Source of the DNA: a virus
Lineage: Duplodnaviria > Caudoviricetes
IMG/VR virus record: IMGVR_UViG_3300048856_000133
Coordinates: 1-48,954 of that record
Reading direction: 5' to 3' (one strand)
Length of the DNA: 48,954 nt
Below the pieces are notes generated by a model. The model was not told where the DNA came from. It saw only the letters and a list, made by a program, of their open reading frames with translations, and searched no databases. Shown here piece by piece: positions 34,301 to 42,637 of this stretch. A program made the position numbers and the translations under genes. Position 1 is the first letter of the stretch. Each line of letters begins with the position of its first letter.

Positions 34301-34422
34301 TTGCCCCTCCTGAGCAGGAGCGCTCCAACGGCCACGATGCAATTAGCGATGAGACTGAGCAGGATGATTGTCCCCAGCCAGACCCAGAATGAGGAGAAGA
34401 CGAACTGCAGGACATCGATCAT
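34297..34422 (-). CDS. Small membrane peptide
   Basis: MIDVLQFVFSSFWVWLGTIILL; coupled at both ends. Confidence 0.55.
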   Translation of the reverse strand: MIDVLQFVFSSFWVWLGTIILLSLIANCIVAVGALLLRRGK

Positions 34423-34697
34423 GCTGCCCCCCCGAAATCCAACGACACCTGCATGCCGACGTCGGCCATGTAGAGGTTGAGCTTCGCGGCTTCCTCGGCG
34501 AACTTCTCCGGGTCCTTGCGGATCTTCAGGAGCTTGCGGAAGATAGGCCCCTCGAAGCCGGACGACGTCACTTCGGCGATCAGCTCCTTCTGATCGTCGG
34601 CGATGGTCTGCTTCTCGGCATCCAACCGTTCGTAACGCTCCAGGAGCGCCAACAGCTGGCCGTTCGTGCCGCCTTGTGTTTCATTGTCCGTAGCCAT
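34419..34697 (-). CDS. GapR (DUF2312)-like nucleoid-associated protein
   Basis: QLLALLERYERLDAEKQTIADDQKE...GF...RKLLKIRK...LY...G. Confidence 0.85.
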   Translation of the reverse strand: MATDNETQGGTNGQLLALLERYERLDAEKQTIADDQKELIAEVTSSGFEGPIFRKLLKIRKDPEKFAEEAAKLNLYMADVGMQVSLDFGGAA

Positions 34698-34942
34698 CAG
34701 TTGCCTCCACTGGTTTTCGGTTGGTCAGACGCGGTCGGCGCTGTAACGCTGGCCGCGTCGCTCTTGAAAGGCTTCCAGTGGGGGCAATCCCACTTCGATG
34801 TGCGCAGCCTGCCGCTTGGGAATTTCGCGTAGATGCAATCATCGTGCCCGCCGTATTCGATGACGCAGCCGTCAGGCTCTTCATCATCGGCTAGATCGAC
34901 ATGGCAGCCGAACACCTTGCCGCCTTTAACGTCGTCGGTCAT
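34697..34942 (-). CDS. Small Cys-rich hypothetical protein
   Basis: FGCHVDL...DGCV...DCIYA...CPHW. Confidence 0.55.
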   Translation of the reverse strand: MTDDVKGGKVFGCHVDLADDEEPDGCVIEYGGHDDCIYAKFPSGRLRTSKWDCPHWKPFKSDAASVTAPTASDQPKTSGGN

Positions 34943-35310
34943 GAGCTTGCCTCCGCTGGATTGATGGCTGTCACCGTCACGGTGCATGGCTCGCCGCTGT
35001 CCGCCCACTCGGGATGCACCCAGCGCACGATGGTGCTGTCGTCGGCCGAGATGATCTGATGCGCGACGAGAAGGTCTAGAACCGGCTTAAGCAGGTTGTC
35101 GGCGTCGCGATTCCGGGCGTCCGGCGCGACAAGGTCGAGGCGGATATGAACCGGGCCGACGATCTTGACGGGCCGCTGGGCATTGATGTGCAGGCCAGCC
35201 TGCTGGATCCACGCACGGTATCGTGCCGACTTGATCACCCGGCCGCGGACGCTGCGGTACATCGCGTTGACGGAGACCGGGAATGGGAGCGTGACGCGGA
35301 CGGTGCTCAT
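34939..35310 (-). CDS. rusA: RusA-like Holliday junction resolvase
   Basis: LPFPVSVN, PD.R.RDADNLLK..LD.L...I.ADD. Confidence 0.88.
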   Translation of the reverse strand: MSTVRVTLPFPVSVNAMYRSVRGRVIKSARYRAWIQQAGLHINAQRPVKIVGPVHIRLDLVAPDARNRDADNLLKPVLDLLVAHQIISADDSTIVRWVHPEWADSGEPCTVTVTAINPAEASS

Positions 35311-35681
35311 AGCCGCCGCTCCGGCACCGGCATCTGCCTCGCGATGACGTTGATCGCCCGCATCTCATTGAGCGCGGTTGATGCGTCGCCGGCGCTGATG
35401 CTGGAGGCGGCTGTCTGGGCGTGAGAGAGGATGAGGGCGACGAGATCGCTCATGCTGGCTTCATTGGGGGCGGCAACCAGGCGGTCGCGATAGACTAAGC
35501 CAGACAGCCATTCGTGAGTGTCAATCCAACCGATGGGCTTGTCATTCGTGCCGCGGATTTCGATGACGCAGCCCTGATGCACCCATGCCTGTGAGACTAG
35601 ATGAGCGTCACCAGTTGGCCTGCATTCCATCGAATGAATGGTGACAGCTGGCAGCGTGCCAATAGGGGAATGGTGGGTCAT
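35307..35681 (-). CDS. Hypothetical protein
   Basis: Coupled ORF in the early-right operon. Confidence 0.5.
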   Translation of the reverse strand: MTHHSPIGTLPAVTIHSMECRPTGDAHLVSQAWVHQGCVIEIRGTNDKPIGWIDTHEWLSGLVYRDRLVAAPNEASMSDLVALILSHAQTAASSISAGDASTALNEMRAINVIARQMPVPERRL

Positions 35682-35923
35682 GCTGGTTCACCCACTTCAA
35701 GATTAACCGGCGGGTGAGCGATGCCAATAATGCGGAGCAAGACCTTGGCGCCCGCATTCAGCCGCGCTAGCTCGTCCGGCGTCGGCTCCCAAGCCGTCAC
35801 CATGGATGGCGTGGATTCGCCGCCTACTGAGCAATGGGTAATCTCATCGCGGAGAGGCAGGCCGATATAGCCTTGGCTCTTGCCAAGCGTGCGGGTGGCG
35901 CCTTCAATCCGGCAAATGATCAT
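35678..35923 (-). CDS. Hypothetical protein
   Basis: GATRTLG...LPLRD...AWEPTPDELARLNAG...HPPV. Confidence 0.65.
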   Translation of the reverse strand: MIICRIEGATRTLGKSQGYIGLPLRDEITHCSVGGESTPSMVTAWEPTPDELARLNAGAKVLLRIIGIAHPPVNLEVGEPA

Positions 35924-36228
35924 GCTGAGCCCTCCGTCTTGATCGAAGCCTCGTATGCGCGGATGAAGCGCTCCAGTTCTTCGGCGATCTGCCCCATGCG
36001 GGCCAGGTCTGCGTCGGTAGGCTCTTGGCCCGGGTCGAGGATTGTCATGATCGAAGAAAACAGGTGCTGTGCGCCCGCGAAGAACACGCTTCGCATCTCT
36101 TCCAACTGCGCTTTCGGAGCGTGCATCGGGATGGCGGCGAGTCTGAAGCCAACCCAGCCTGCCTCAACAAGACGGCCCCTCTCGGTCAGATCGCGCATCG
36201 TGCGCTCAAGGTGCGCTCTGTCACTCAT
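35920..36228 (-). CDS. Hypothetical protein
   Basis: QLEEMRSVFFAGAQHLF; GGAGG RBS. Confidence 0.65.
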   Translation of the reverse strand: MSDRAHLERTMRDLTERGRLVEAGWVGFRLAAIPMHAPKAQLEEMRSVFFAGAQHLFSSIMTILDPGQEPTDADLARMGQIAEELERFIRAYEASIKTEGSA

Positions 36229-36863
36229 GCCGACTGCCTCCACTCAAGCCCGGCCGAAACAGACACTGGAACAACTCCCGTAACGAAGCCGTCTACGGTG
36301 CTCTGGTTCACGTAGATTGTGTCCTTGCGGATGATCAGGTCCTCGAACTCGCCATAGGTCTTGACCGGCTTCGGCTCCGGCTCAGGAGCCTGCGGAGGAA
36401 CCTGCCGCACCGAAACGCCATCCATGAGCAGGTGCTGCCGGACCGTGGTGGGGTTGAAGCCCATCGCATGGGCAATGCCGTCAACCGACAGGCCCTTCTC
36501 GCGAAGCTCAGCCGCACGCTTGCTGTCTTCCGCGCTCCAGAATTGGTTCCCGCTGGGGATGCCGAGAAACCGACGCCTGCGAGCTAGAGCCGCGACGGTC
36601 ACGCCGAGCGCCTTCGCCTGGTCGCAGGCCTTCACCCGCTTCTTGACCATTGCGTGGATCTGAGCATCCTGCTCCGGTGTCCAGATCGTGGCGTCAGGGC
36701 GCCCTGTGGGATTGCGGAGACGATCGCGACGACGGGCGACGCTGTCCTTGTTGATTCCGCCGAGACGTTCGCCGACCTGGCGCAAGTTGAGGCCTTCGCT
36801 GAGATAGCGCTGGAGGTCGGCGTCCATTTGGCGGGACCATTTGATGGGGGTCGAGAAGGTCAT
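36225..36863 (-). CDS. GcrA-N/Myb-like triple helix-turn-helix protein
   Basis: Three repeats of W(S/T)...L..L...G.....I...(L/M)G. Confidence 0.65.
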   Translation of the reverse strand: MTFSTPIKWSRQMDADLQRYLSEGLNLRQVGERLGGINKDSVARRRDRLRNPTGRPDATIWTPEQDAQIHAMVKKRVKACDQAKALGVTVAALARRRRFLGIPSGNQFWSAEDSKRAAELREKGLSVDGIAHAMGFNPTTVRQHLLMDGVSVRQVPPQAPEPEPKPVKTYGEFEDLIIRKDTIYVNQSTVDGFVTGVVPVSVSAGLEWRQSA

Positions 36864-37084
36864 GGCTTTCTCCAGGCTGGCGATTGGAATGCGTCGAGCT
36901 GAGTGCGTGGGAACACAGGCCCATCCGCGGCCTGCCTGCGCTCATCGTCGGTCTCTGGGGCTATCTCTCCAGAGCGGACGGCTATCTCTCCAGAGCGGAC
37001 GGCTATCTCGCGCTGCATGGCCCAGGCGTCAGCGAAGTGGCGGTCGCGATGGATGGGCCAGTCGGGATCGACGATGTCGCTCAT
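36860..37084 (-). CDS. Hypothetical protein containing EIAVRSG repeats
   Basis: Coupled ORF. Confidence 0.45.
   Translation of the reverse strand: MSDIVDPDWPIHRDRHFADAWAMQREIAVRSGEIAVRSGEIAPETDDERRQAADGPVFPRTQLDAFQSPAWRKP
36959..37009 (+). repeat. 21-bp tandem repeat, about 2.4 copies
   Basis: GGCTATCTCTCCAGAGCGGAC x2 plus GGCTATCTC. Confidence 0.9.
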
Positions 37085-37905
37085 GCGGCCCTCCCGAACA
37101 TGTCGAATTGAATTGGTTCGCGGTCGGCGATTTCTTCGATAGCCGGAGCGGCAGAAGCGGCGGCTTCCGTGGCCGTGAACTCCACGCATACGATTTCACA
37201 GATCGGAGCCACGCCGCGCCATTCGCGGAGGTACTGCGCGGTGTCGAAGCCGCAGCCCGCCTCAAAGTGAAGGCCGGTCGCCTTCTGGAATTCGAATGCC
37301 TTGCCGCTGACCTGCCTCTCGTACGTGGGCCGACCGCTGTAGTTAAAACCGGCCGACATCTGCGGGAGGATAAAGACACCGTAGCCGGCGATATGCGATG
37401 CAATATCGATCACGATGAACTCGAAATCGGAGCCCTGATAGCGCGGCGCCCGCTTGTCGCCTTCGCGCTTAATTCGCCCGAAGGGGGGATTGCTGAACGC
37501 AGTGGAGAAGTGCCCGAGATCCATCCCCGGCACGTCGAGAACGTCAGCGCAGATCCAGTTTGCCTCCGGCACGACCTTGCGGCCGACCTCGACGTAGGCC
37601 GGGTTGAACTCGACGCAGGTGACGTCTAGCGCCCCGTTCAGGTGCTGATAGTCGATGACAGATCGAGAGAGTGTCCCGATACCCGCGCAGAGATCGATGA
37701 TGCGGCCCGGTCCAACTTCGATTGCAAGCCCGGTGGCGAGGTCGTACGGCGTGAAGAATGCTCCGGCCACGCTGTTGATATGCTGGGCGCTCTCCTGCCA
37801 GTGCTCGATGACGAACATCTGCTCATCATGCGTAAGCGTGTCTTTCTCCAGAAGGGAGACCGCTTCGCTATGACGCTTTGCTTGCGCCTTCGTGAGCTTC
37901 GCCAT
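37081..37905 (-). CDS. Orphan N6-adenine DNA methyltransferase (gamma-type motif order)
   Basis: GAFFTP, IDLCAGIG (motif I), SNPPF (motif IV). Confidence 0.85.
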   Translation of the reverse strand: MAKLTKAQAKRHSEAVSLLEKDTLTHDEQMFVIEHWQESAQHINSVAGAFFTPYDLATGLAIEVGPGRIIDLCAGIGTLSRSVIDYQHLNGALDVTCVEFNPAYVEVGRKVVPEANWICADVLDVPGMDLGHFSTAFSNPPFGRIKREGDKRAPRYQGSDFEFIVIDIASHIAGYGVFILPQMSAGFNYSGRPTYERQVSGKAFEFQKATGLHFEAGCGFDTAQYLREWRGVAPICEIVCVEFTATEAAASAAPAIEEIADREPIQFDMFGRAA

Positions 37906-37968
37906 CACTCGTCCTCGTCAGGAAAATGTTCGACCGGATCACGCTTCGGCTTCCTGGCGAACAGCCAG

Positions 37969-38352
37969 TCAAGCCACGCGGCGAACCTTTGCAGTGCTGT
38001 CTTGGTCAGTTTGACCACCATGCCGGATCTCCTCCGCGCGCTGTCTGTGCAGCGCTGTCATTGCTTCGTTGTGGATGCACTGCTTGTCGTAGGCTTCCTG
38101 CAGGGCGAGGAAGACGCCGCCGGAAACGTCCTTCATGGTCTGCCAGCGGTTCCAAAGGCGCTTGGCATAGGTCGGCTCGATCCCGGCCGACTTTGCCGCC
38201 CGATCGCGAGCGGCGCCCCAGGTGTCGCGGGGACCCCGGTGATGCAGCTTCATGAGGGCCTCTAGGCGCTCATAAGCGGTCTGGACGGCTACTTGGCTCA
38301 TGTTAAGGGCGCCATGCTTTGTGTCGCGCGCGACACGTCTGTTGTCGGACAT
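37969..38352 (-). CDS. cII-position DNA-binding regulator
   Basis: DTWGAARDRAAKSAGIEPTYAKRLW helix pattern and position. Confidence 0.55.
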   Translation of the reverse strand: MSDNRRVARDTKHGALNMSQVAVQTAYERLEALMKLHHRGPRDTWGAARDRAAKSAGIEPTYAKRLWNRWQTMKDVSGGVFLALQEAYDKQCIHNEAMTALHRQRAEEIRHGGQTDQDSTAKVRRVA

Positions 38353-38669
38353 TGCGCAGTCTCCCATGCGATTAATCGGGCATGGGAAAGCAGCGAACGA
38401 AACCACTTCTTGACCTTGAAGACCGAGCCCTTGGCGGAGCCGGCACTGACGCAACGCACGGCGGGAACCGGAGCGATGCGGAGCCTTGGAACGGGAATTC
38501 CTCGGCCGAATTTCAGGACTACTGGGAGGGTCGCAGGCTCGCGAATAGGATCGCTGAGCAGCGCCGCCTCAAGAGAAAGACCGGCGAGGCCGTCGTGGGA
38601 GGCCGAGACCTCGCCGGGGAGCGCCGTGGCGGGGAGGTGGACGCCACGGATGGGAATGGGGAGGCGCAC

Positions 38670-38915
38670 CTAAGCGCTCACCGGCTTGCGGGCCGGGATA
38701 TCACGCAAGGCAGCGCGGCCTTCGTCGGTGATGGATACGGCGTAGAATGTCCATGCGAACGGCGCTTCACTATGGATGAGCCCCGCGTTGCGAAGCCGCT
38801 CAAGGACATCGACACGAATTCTCGTATCGCCTGCCTGGATAGGCGCCCCGCGTCGATCATAAGTCTCAGCGATATAGGCCAACGCCTTCCGCTGGGCATT
38901 CGTGAGCTTCGCCAT
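38670..38915 (-). CDS. Small winged-helix protein
   Basis: KLTNAQRKAL...LERLRNAGLI...ITDEGRAAL. Confidence 0.65.
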   Translation of the reverse strand: MAKLTNAQRKALAYIAETYDRRGAPIQAGDTRIRVDVLERLRNAGLIHSEAPFAWTFYAVSITDEGRAALRDIPARKPVSA

Positions 38916-38917
38916 AG

Positions 38918-39094
38918 TCAGACTCCCACGATGAACGACGCACCCGCCACGATCATCAGGCAGCCAGCCGAGGAGCCGATGAAATCGAGAGCCGTCACGG
39001 TGTCAGGCGAAGAGCGGAACTGGCATGTTCCGAACAGCACGATGCCGGCGAAAACGAGCAGAGGCGGCCCGGCGAAGATGAGGAAGTCGATCAT
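38918..39094 (-). CDS. Small 2-TM protein (not in the ORF track)
   Basis: MIDFLIFAGPPLLVFAGIVLFG; ATGA coupling. Confidence 0.5.
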   Translation of the reverse strand: MIDFLIFAGPPLLVFAGIVLFGTCQFRSSPDTVTALDFIGSSAGCLMIVAGASFIVGV

Positions 39095-39339
39095 GCTGCC
39101 ACCTTTGCCGCGCGGGTCTTTGCGGCCTTCGCAGCAGCCTCACGGCGAGCGATAAAGCCCGCCTCGTGTTTGTCGAGGATGCCGGCGCGGAACGTCTCGA
39201 GCTTGGCAATCGCCTCGCCTTCGGTCGCGCCGCGGGTGTGGATCGGGAAGACGCTGCCGTCCTCGAATGTAGCGATGGCGCCGTGCTTGCCGACGTAGGA
39301 CCAGATCGCGACGTCACGGATAGGATGATGGATGCTCAT
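39091..39339 (-). CDS. Hypothetical protein
   Basis: MSIHHPIRDVAIWSY. Confidence 0.55.
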   Translation of the reverse strand: MSIHHPIRDVAIWSYVGKHGAIATFEDGSVFPIHTRGATEGEAIAKLETFRAGILDKHEAGFIARREAAAKAAKTRAAKVAA

Positions 39340-39442
39340 GTTCTGCCCTTCCCTCTGCGGATAGCCTCGCCGAGCCCTAGGAGGGCGGCAGAGCCAGCGA
39401 ATGCGCCGATGAAGCCGGCAATGGCGTGCGTGAGGAAAGGGC

Positions 39443-39775
39443 TCATGCGAGGCCCACCGCGGCCAGGAGATCAGCCTTGGCGGCTTTGTATTCGGCTTCA
39501 GCGGGGCTGTTCGCCAGAAGGACAATCCCATGCGCTAGCGTCGCCTTGTCGAAGCGATCGAACTTGGCGCGAAGGTCAGGCTCTGGCGCGGCGGGCGTCT
39601 CGGGCTTGGAGAGGCGGTAGTGAGTGATAATGCAATCGCCGATCGAACCACCGCCCCAATCCCACCCGTATGCTGCGGATTTCTCAACGACTTCGCCGGA
39701 CCGGAACTTCACGTCGACAACTACATCGCCCGCCACCGGACACGGCCCGCCGTCATGCTTGATCCACTCGCTCAT
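39443..39775 (-). CDS. Phage hypothetical protein
   Basis: EWIKHDGGPCPV...VDVKFRSG...WDW...IITHYR. Confidence 0.7.
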   Translation of the reverse strand: MSEWIKHDGGPCPVAGDVVVDVKFRSGEVVEKSAAYGWDWGGGSIGDCIITHYRLSKPETPAAPEPDLRAKFDRFDKATLAHGIVLLANSPAEAEYKAAKADLLAAVGLA

Positions 39776-39915
39776 GCCCCTGCTCCCGCCATGCTAATCG
39801 GTTCGCTCACAAGCGCGTTACTGGAGATAGTTTTGTACGAACCTGACACTGTTACCCGGCTGTTAATCCTGTCACATTGCCGCGTCGGGATGGCACATGG
39901 CAGGGAAGAATCGGC

Positions 39916-40185
39916 ATGGGGAACAAAGGCTTGCTCATCGAGCCCAATTGCGTTCAGGATATCTTTGTCAGCGGGCTCGCCAGAGCCGAGGACATCGGCG
40001 GCGGATGCTTCCGCTTCACGTTCTACGTCACGCAGAAGTCGATGCTGGACAACACGGACGAGCGCGCCGTCGTCGCTCGCATCATTGGGCCGATCGATGC
40101 CATCCGGGAGGCCATGGGCATGGCTGCTTCCGCGATTGAAGGCATTGCGCCGCGCGTCTCTACCGCTATGGGTTCCAGACACTAG
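39916..40185 (+). CDS. Hypothetical protein antisense to the early-right operon
   Basis: DIFVSGLARAEDIGGGCFRFTFY; converges on cro. Confidence 0.6.
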   Translation: MGNKGLLIEPNCVQDIFVSGLARAEDIGGGCFRFTFYVTQKSMLDNTDERAVVARIIGPIDAIREAMGMAASAIEGIAPRVSTAMGSRH

Positions 40186-40187
40186 GG

Positions 40188-40409
40188 TCACAGCGAAGCT
40201 CCCGTCCCGAAAATGTCGGGGCGGAGCACCCACCGAGGGATGCCGGTCGCCTTCTCCAGATCCAAAAGCCGCTTCGTCGGGACAGGATGGCTACCGCTCT
40301 CCCACCGGAGAATGGTTGTCTTGTCGACCCCGAGCTTCTCGCCGAGAGACTTCATCGTCTCGCCGTTGGCCTTGCGGTACTGGGCTATAGGGGATGTTGG
40401 CTTTTCCAT
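40188..40409 (-). CDS. cro: Cro-like XRE HTH regulator
   Basis: LGEKLGVDKTTILRWE...TGIPRWVLRPDIF. Confidence 0.85.
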   Translation of the reverse strand: MEKPTSPIAQYRKANGETMKSLGEKLGVDKTTILRWESGSHPVPTKRLLDLEKATGIPRWVLRPDIFGTGASL

Positions 40410-40418
40410 TCCCGGATA

Positions 40419-40445
40419 GTTGCAAAGTTTGCATCGCCCGTCAAG
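40419..40445 (-). promoter_or_regulatory. pR promoter with operator OR
   Basis: Minus strand CTTGAC, then CGATGCAAACTTTGCAAC, then TAT; the operator matches 41269-41286 at 16/18. Confidence 0.7.
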
Positions 40446-40504
40446 GGCCGCGTTGCGGTATTCCGCTAACGACCGCCCGGAGCGCGGTTGCTAAAGATCG
40501 CACC

Positions 40505-40843
40505 ATGGCCAAGATCACGAAGATCCATCAGAGCAAGCGTCCGGTACGTCGGCATTTCATCGCCGAATGGGCGGAGTCGCGCGGCCTCCGTCAGATCGAC
40601 ATCGCGACCGAGCTGGACGTTGATAAGAGCCTGGTGAGCCGCTGGTTCGCCGGACACCTGCCGCAGGCGCATTATCAGGAAGCTCTTGCAGCGCTTTTCC
40701 AGGTTGTCCCGGAGGCTTTGCTCCGCCACCCTGACGACGACTGGCTGGCCCGATTTTTTCAGGGCCGACAAGCTGAGGAACGCGAACGCATCAAGCAGGC
40801 GATGGAGCTTGCGTGGCCGCTTCGTTCCGGGACCGACGACTGA
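40505..40843 (+). CDS. CI-like XRE repressor without an S24 autoprotease domain
   Basis: RGLRQIDIATELDVDKSLVSRW; 112 aa; divergent from cro. Confidence 0.8.
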   Translation: MAKITKIHQSKRPVRRHFIAEWAESRGLRQIDIATELDVDKSLVSRWFAGHLPQAHYQEALAALFQVVPEALLRHPDDDWLARFFQGRQAEERERIKQAMELAWPLRSGTDD

Positions 40844-40849
40844 TTTCGC

Positions 40850-41190
40850 CTCGCGTGTAGAGCCTTACAGTCCCTGTGTTTCCTAGTGATTGACCGCTGG
40901 AAGCCCTGAACTCCGAACATAGGAGGACTAAGCCCCGTGCTCGATGAGCATCCGAGGTTAGCCCCTATGCCAGGATGATCTTGACCGCCGGAGCCGCCCG
41001 TCACCCCTTCCGACCTGCACACCGCTAGTGGCAGGCCTTGACCGCACTTTATCGTCATCCCTAGCTGGACAACGGCGAGAACCCCTTCGGCCGTTCGGAG
41101 TGGGGCTTGCCTATTCTCGCGCCCGGTGGTAGGCAGATACCGCATCACAGCAGCCGGGTGCGCCACCGGAATTTCAACCTTCCGCACCCT
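40850..41190. ncRNA. Structured non-coding element between cI and pL (RNA or replication origin candidate)
   Basis: Nested long-range complementarities and three TTGACCGC repeats; no credible long ORF. Confidence 0.45.
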
Positions 41191-41195
41191 AAGAG

Positions 41196-41227
41196 CCCCG
41201 CCCTAATCCGGCGGGGTTTTTCGTTTT
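41196..41227 (+). terminator. Rho-independent terminator (t-imm position)
   Basis: CCCCGCC-ctaatcc-GGCGGGG-TTTTTCGTTTT. Confidence 0.8.
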
Positions 41228-41259
41228 GGCATACGGGTGTAAAAAACGCAACCCCACCC

Positions 41260-41290
41260 CTTGCGGCTCGATGCAAAGTATGCAACTCTG
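41260..41290 (+). promoter_or_regulatory. pL promoter with operator OL
   Basis: CTTGCG, then CGATGCAAAGTATGCAAC; same geometry as pR. Confidence 0.7.
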
Positions 41291-41331
41291 AACCATCGAA
41301 AAGGCAATTCCGCCGACGATGGAGCAGTTAG

Positions 41332-41733
41332 ATGGCATTCGTTGAACTCCCAAAGACCAAGACATTCGGGCGCAACGCTCTCGGCAACACCGTGCGCGCT
41401 CACGTCCAGAACACCGGCACGGTCGTCATCCGAGTTTCCGCCGACATCTACGAGAAGATGGGCGCTCCGGCCTTCTGCCGCGTCATGGTCGGCACCGATG
41501 ACCACACCGGACGGATCGCAGTTCTGCCCCGCGCGATGAAGACGGCCGAAACCCGCGCGCTCAAGCTTCTGAAGGGCAACAAGTCGCCGATCTTCGATGT
41601 CGGTGCCAAGCGGATCGGCGTCAACACCACCCCGCGCAAGACCATCACCCTTCCCCACGAGATTTCCGAGCACGGTCTGATCATCGACGTCCGCCCGCTC
41701 ATGAAGCCGGTCGCGTCTGTCGCCGCCGCCTGA
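41332..41733 (+). CDS. First early-left gene, hypothetical
   Basis: GGAG RBS; biased codons. Confidence 0.7.
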   Translation: MAFVELPKTKTFGRNALGNTVRAHVQNTGTVVIRVSADIYEKMGAPAFCRVMVGTDDHTGRIAVLPRAMKTAETRALKLLKGNKSPIFDVGAKRIGVNTTPRKTITLPHEISEHGLIIDVRPLMKPVASVAAA

Positions 41734-41802
41734 CCTGCGGGGGCTCCGGCCCCTGCCCCACCCACCCCGAACTGGCAATCAAGCCGATATGGAGCCGCCC
41801 CG

Positions 41803-42273
41803 ATGACCACCGCGCCCAAGATCGAACCCGGCATCGAGGTTGGTGAAGTCTGCGCTCGTTTCGGCTGCGTCGGCATCATCGCCGAGCACGACCACGACAC
41901 TGGCTGCTCCTGCCACATCAACCCGCCGTGCGGGCACTGCACGACACCTCGCGAATACTGCCCGGTCTGTGACTGGGATGCTCTCGAAGAGCAGGCGCGC
42001 GACGACCGGATAGCTCACGTCAAATGGCAGGAGGGCGCGATCCACCTCGGGACGAACGGCTTGATGCACGTCGAGCGCAAGCCTCGCGTTCTTGACCGTA
42101 CCAAGATCGACTACGTGATCAGCATGCACAGCGGCTCCTCGCAGAAGGTCGAGGGCGTCTACCCAGAGGGCACGACGCAAGAAGAAGTCCGCAAGCTGGT
42201 CAACGGCACGTTCGGTGGGCGCTTCGAGCGCTTCGGCCACGGCAGCTTTTGCTTCATCGCCTACACCGATTGA
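41803..42273 (+). CDS. Zn-binding phage hypothetical protein
   Basis: CSCHINPPCGHC...CPVC; TFGGRFE.F..G.F.FIAYTD. Confidence 0.75.
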   Translation: MTTAPKIEPGIEVGEVCARFGCVGIIAEHDHDTGCSCHINPPCGHCTTPREYCPVCDWDALEEQARDDRIAHVKWQEGAIHLGTNGLMHVERKPRVLDRTKIDYVISMHSGSSQKVEGVYPEGTTQEEVRKLVNGTFGGRFERFGHGSFCFIAYTD

Positions 42274-42328
42274 CCACCACCCCCTCATCCAGCCCAGCCA
42301 CCCGGCGGGCGGAGCAAAGGAGACAGAC

Positions 42329-42604
42329 ATGCCGAGTTTCACCGACAACGACGAACTCCACCCGCAGGTAAAACCGCTGACAGCAGCCGAACGCAAGTGG
42401 GTGACGCAGCTGGAGAAGGTCTTGCTCGCCTGCCCTTCCAGCCGACTGCAACTCGTCACGATCGGTGATCCCACGCTGACTGTCACAGACTACGGCGTCG
42501 AGTTGTCCGAAGGGCTGGATATCCACGACGGCAAGGCGCACCGCAACGGCCTTGCGCTTGCGGATATCAACTCCAAGCCCAGCATTGCCGGCGTGTCCGG
42601 CTGA
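42329..42604 (+). CDS. Hypothetical protein
   Basis: AAGGAG RBS; LTAAERKWV..LEKVLLACPS. Confidence 0.65.
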   Translation: MPSFTDNDELHPQVKPLTAAERKWVTQLEKVLLACPSSRLQLVTIGDPTLTVTDYGVELSEGLDIHDGKAHRNGLALADINSKPSIAGVSG

Positions 42605-42637
42605 TCTCCCCACCCCTCCCTCACCCCGGAGCAAGCC

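Noticed and set aside
40759-41187. 142-aa minus-strand ORF over the structured element
   Set aside because: No recognisable motif, overlaps the 3' end of cI and has atypical composition; not formally excluded
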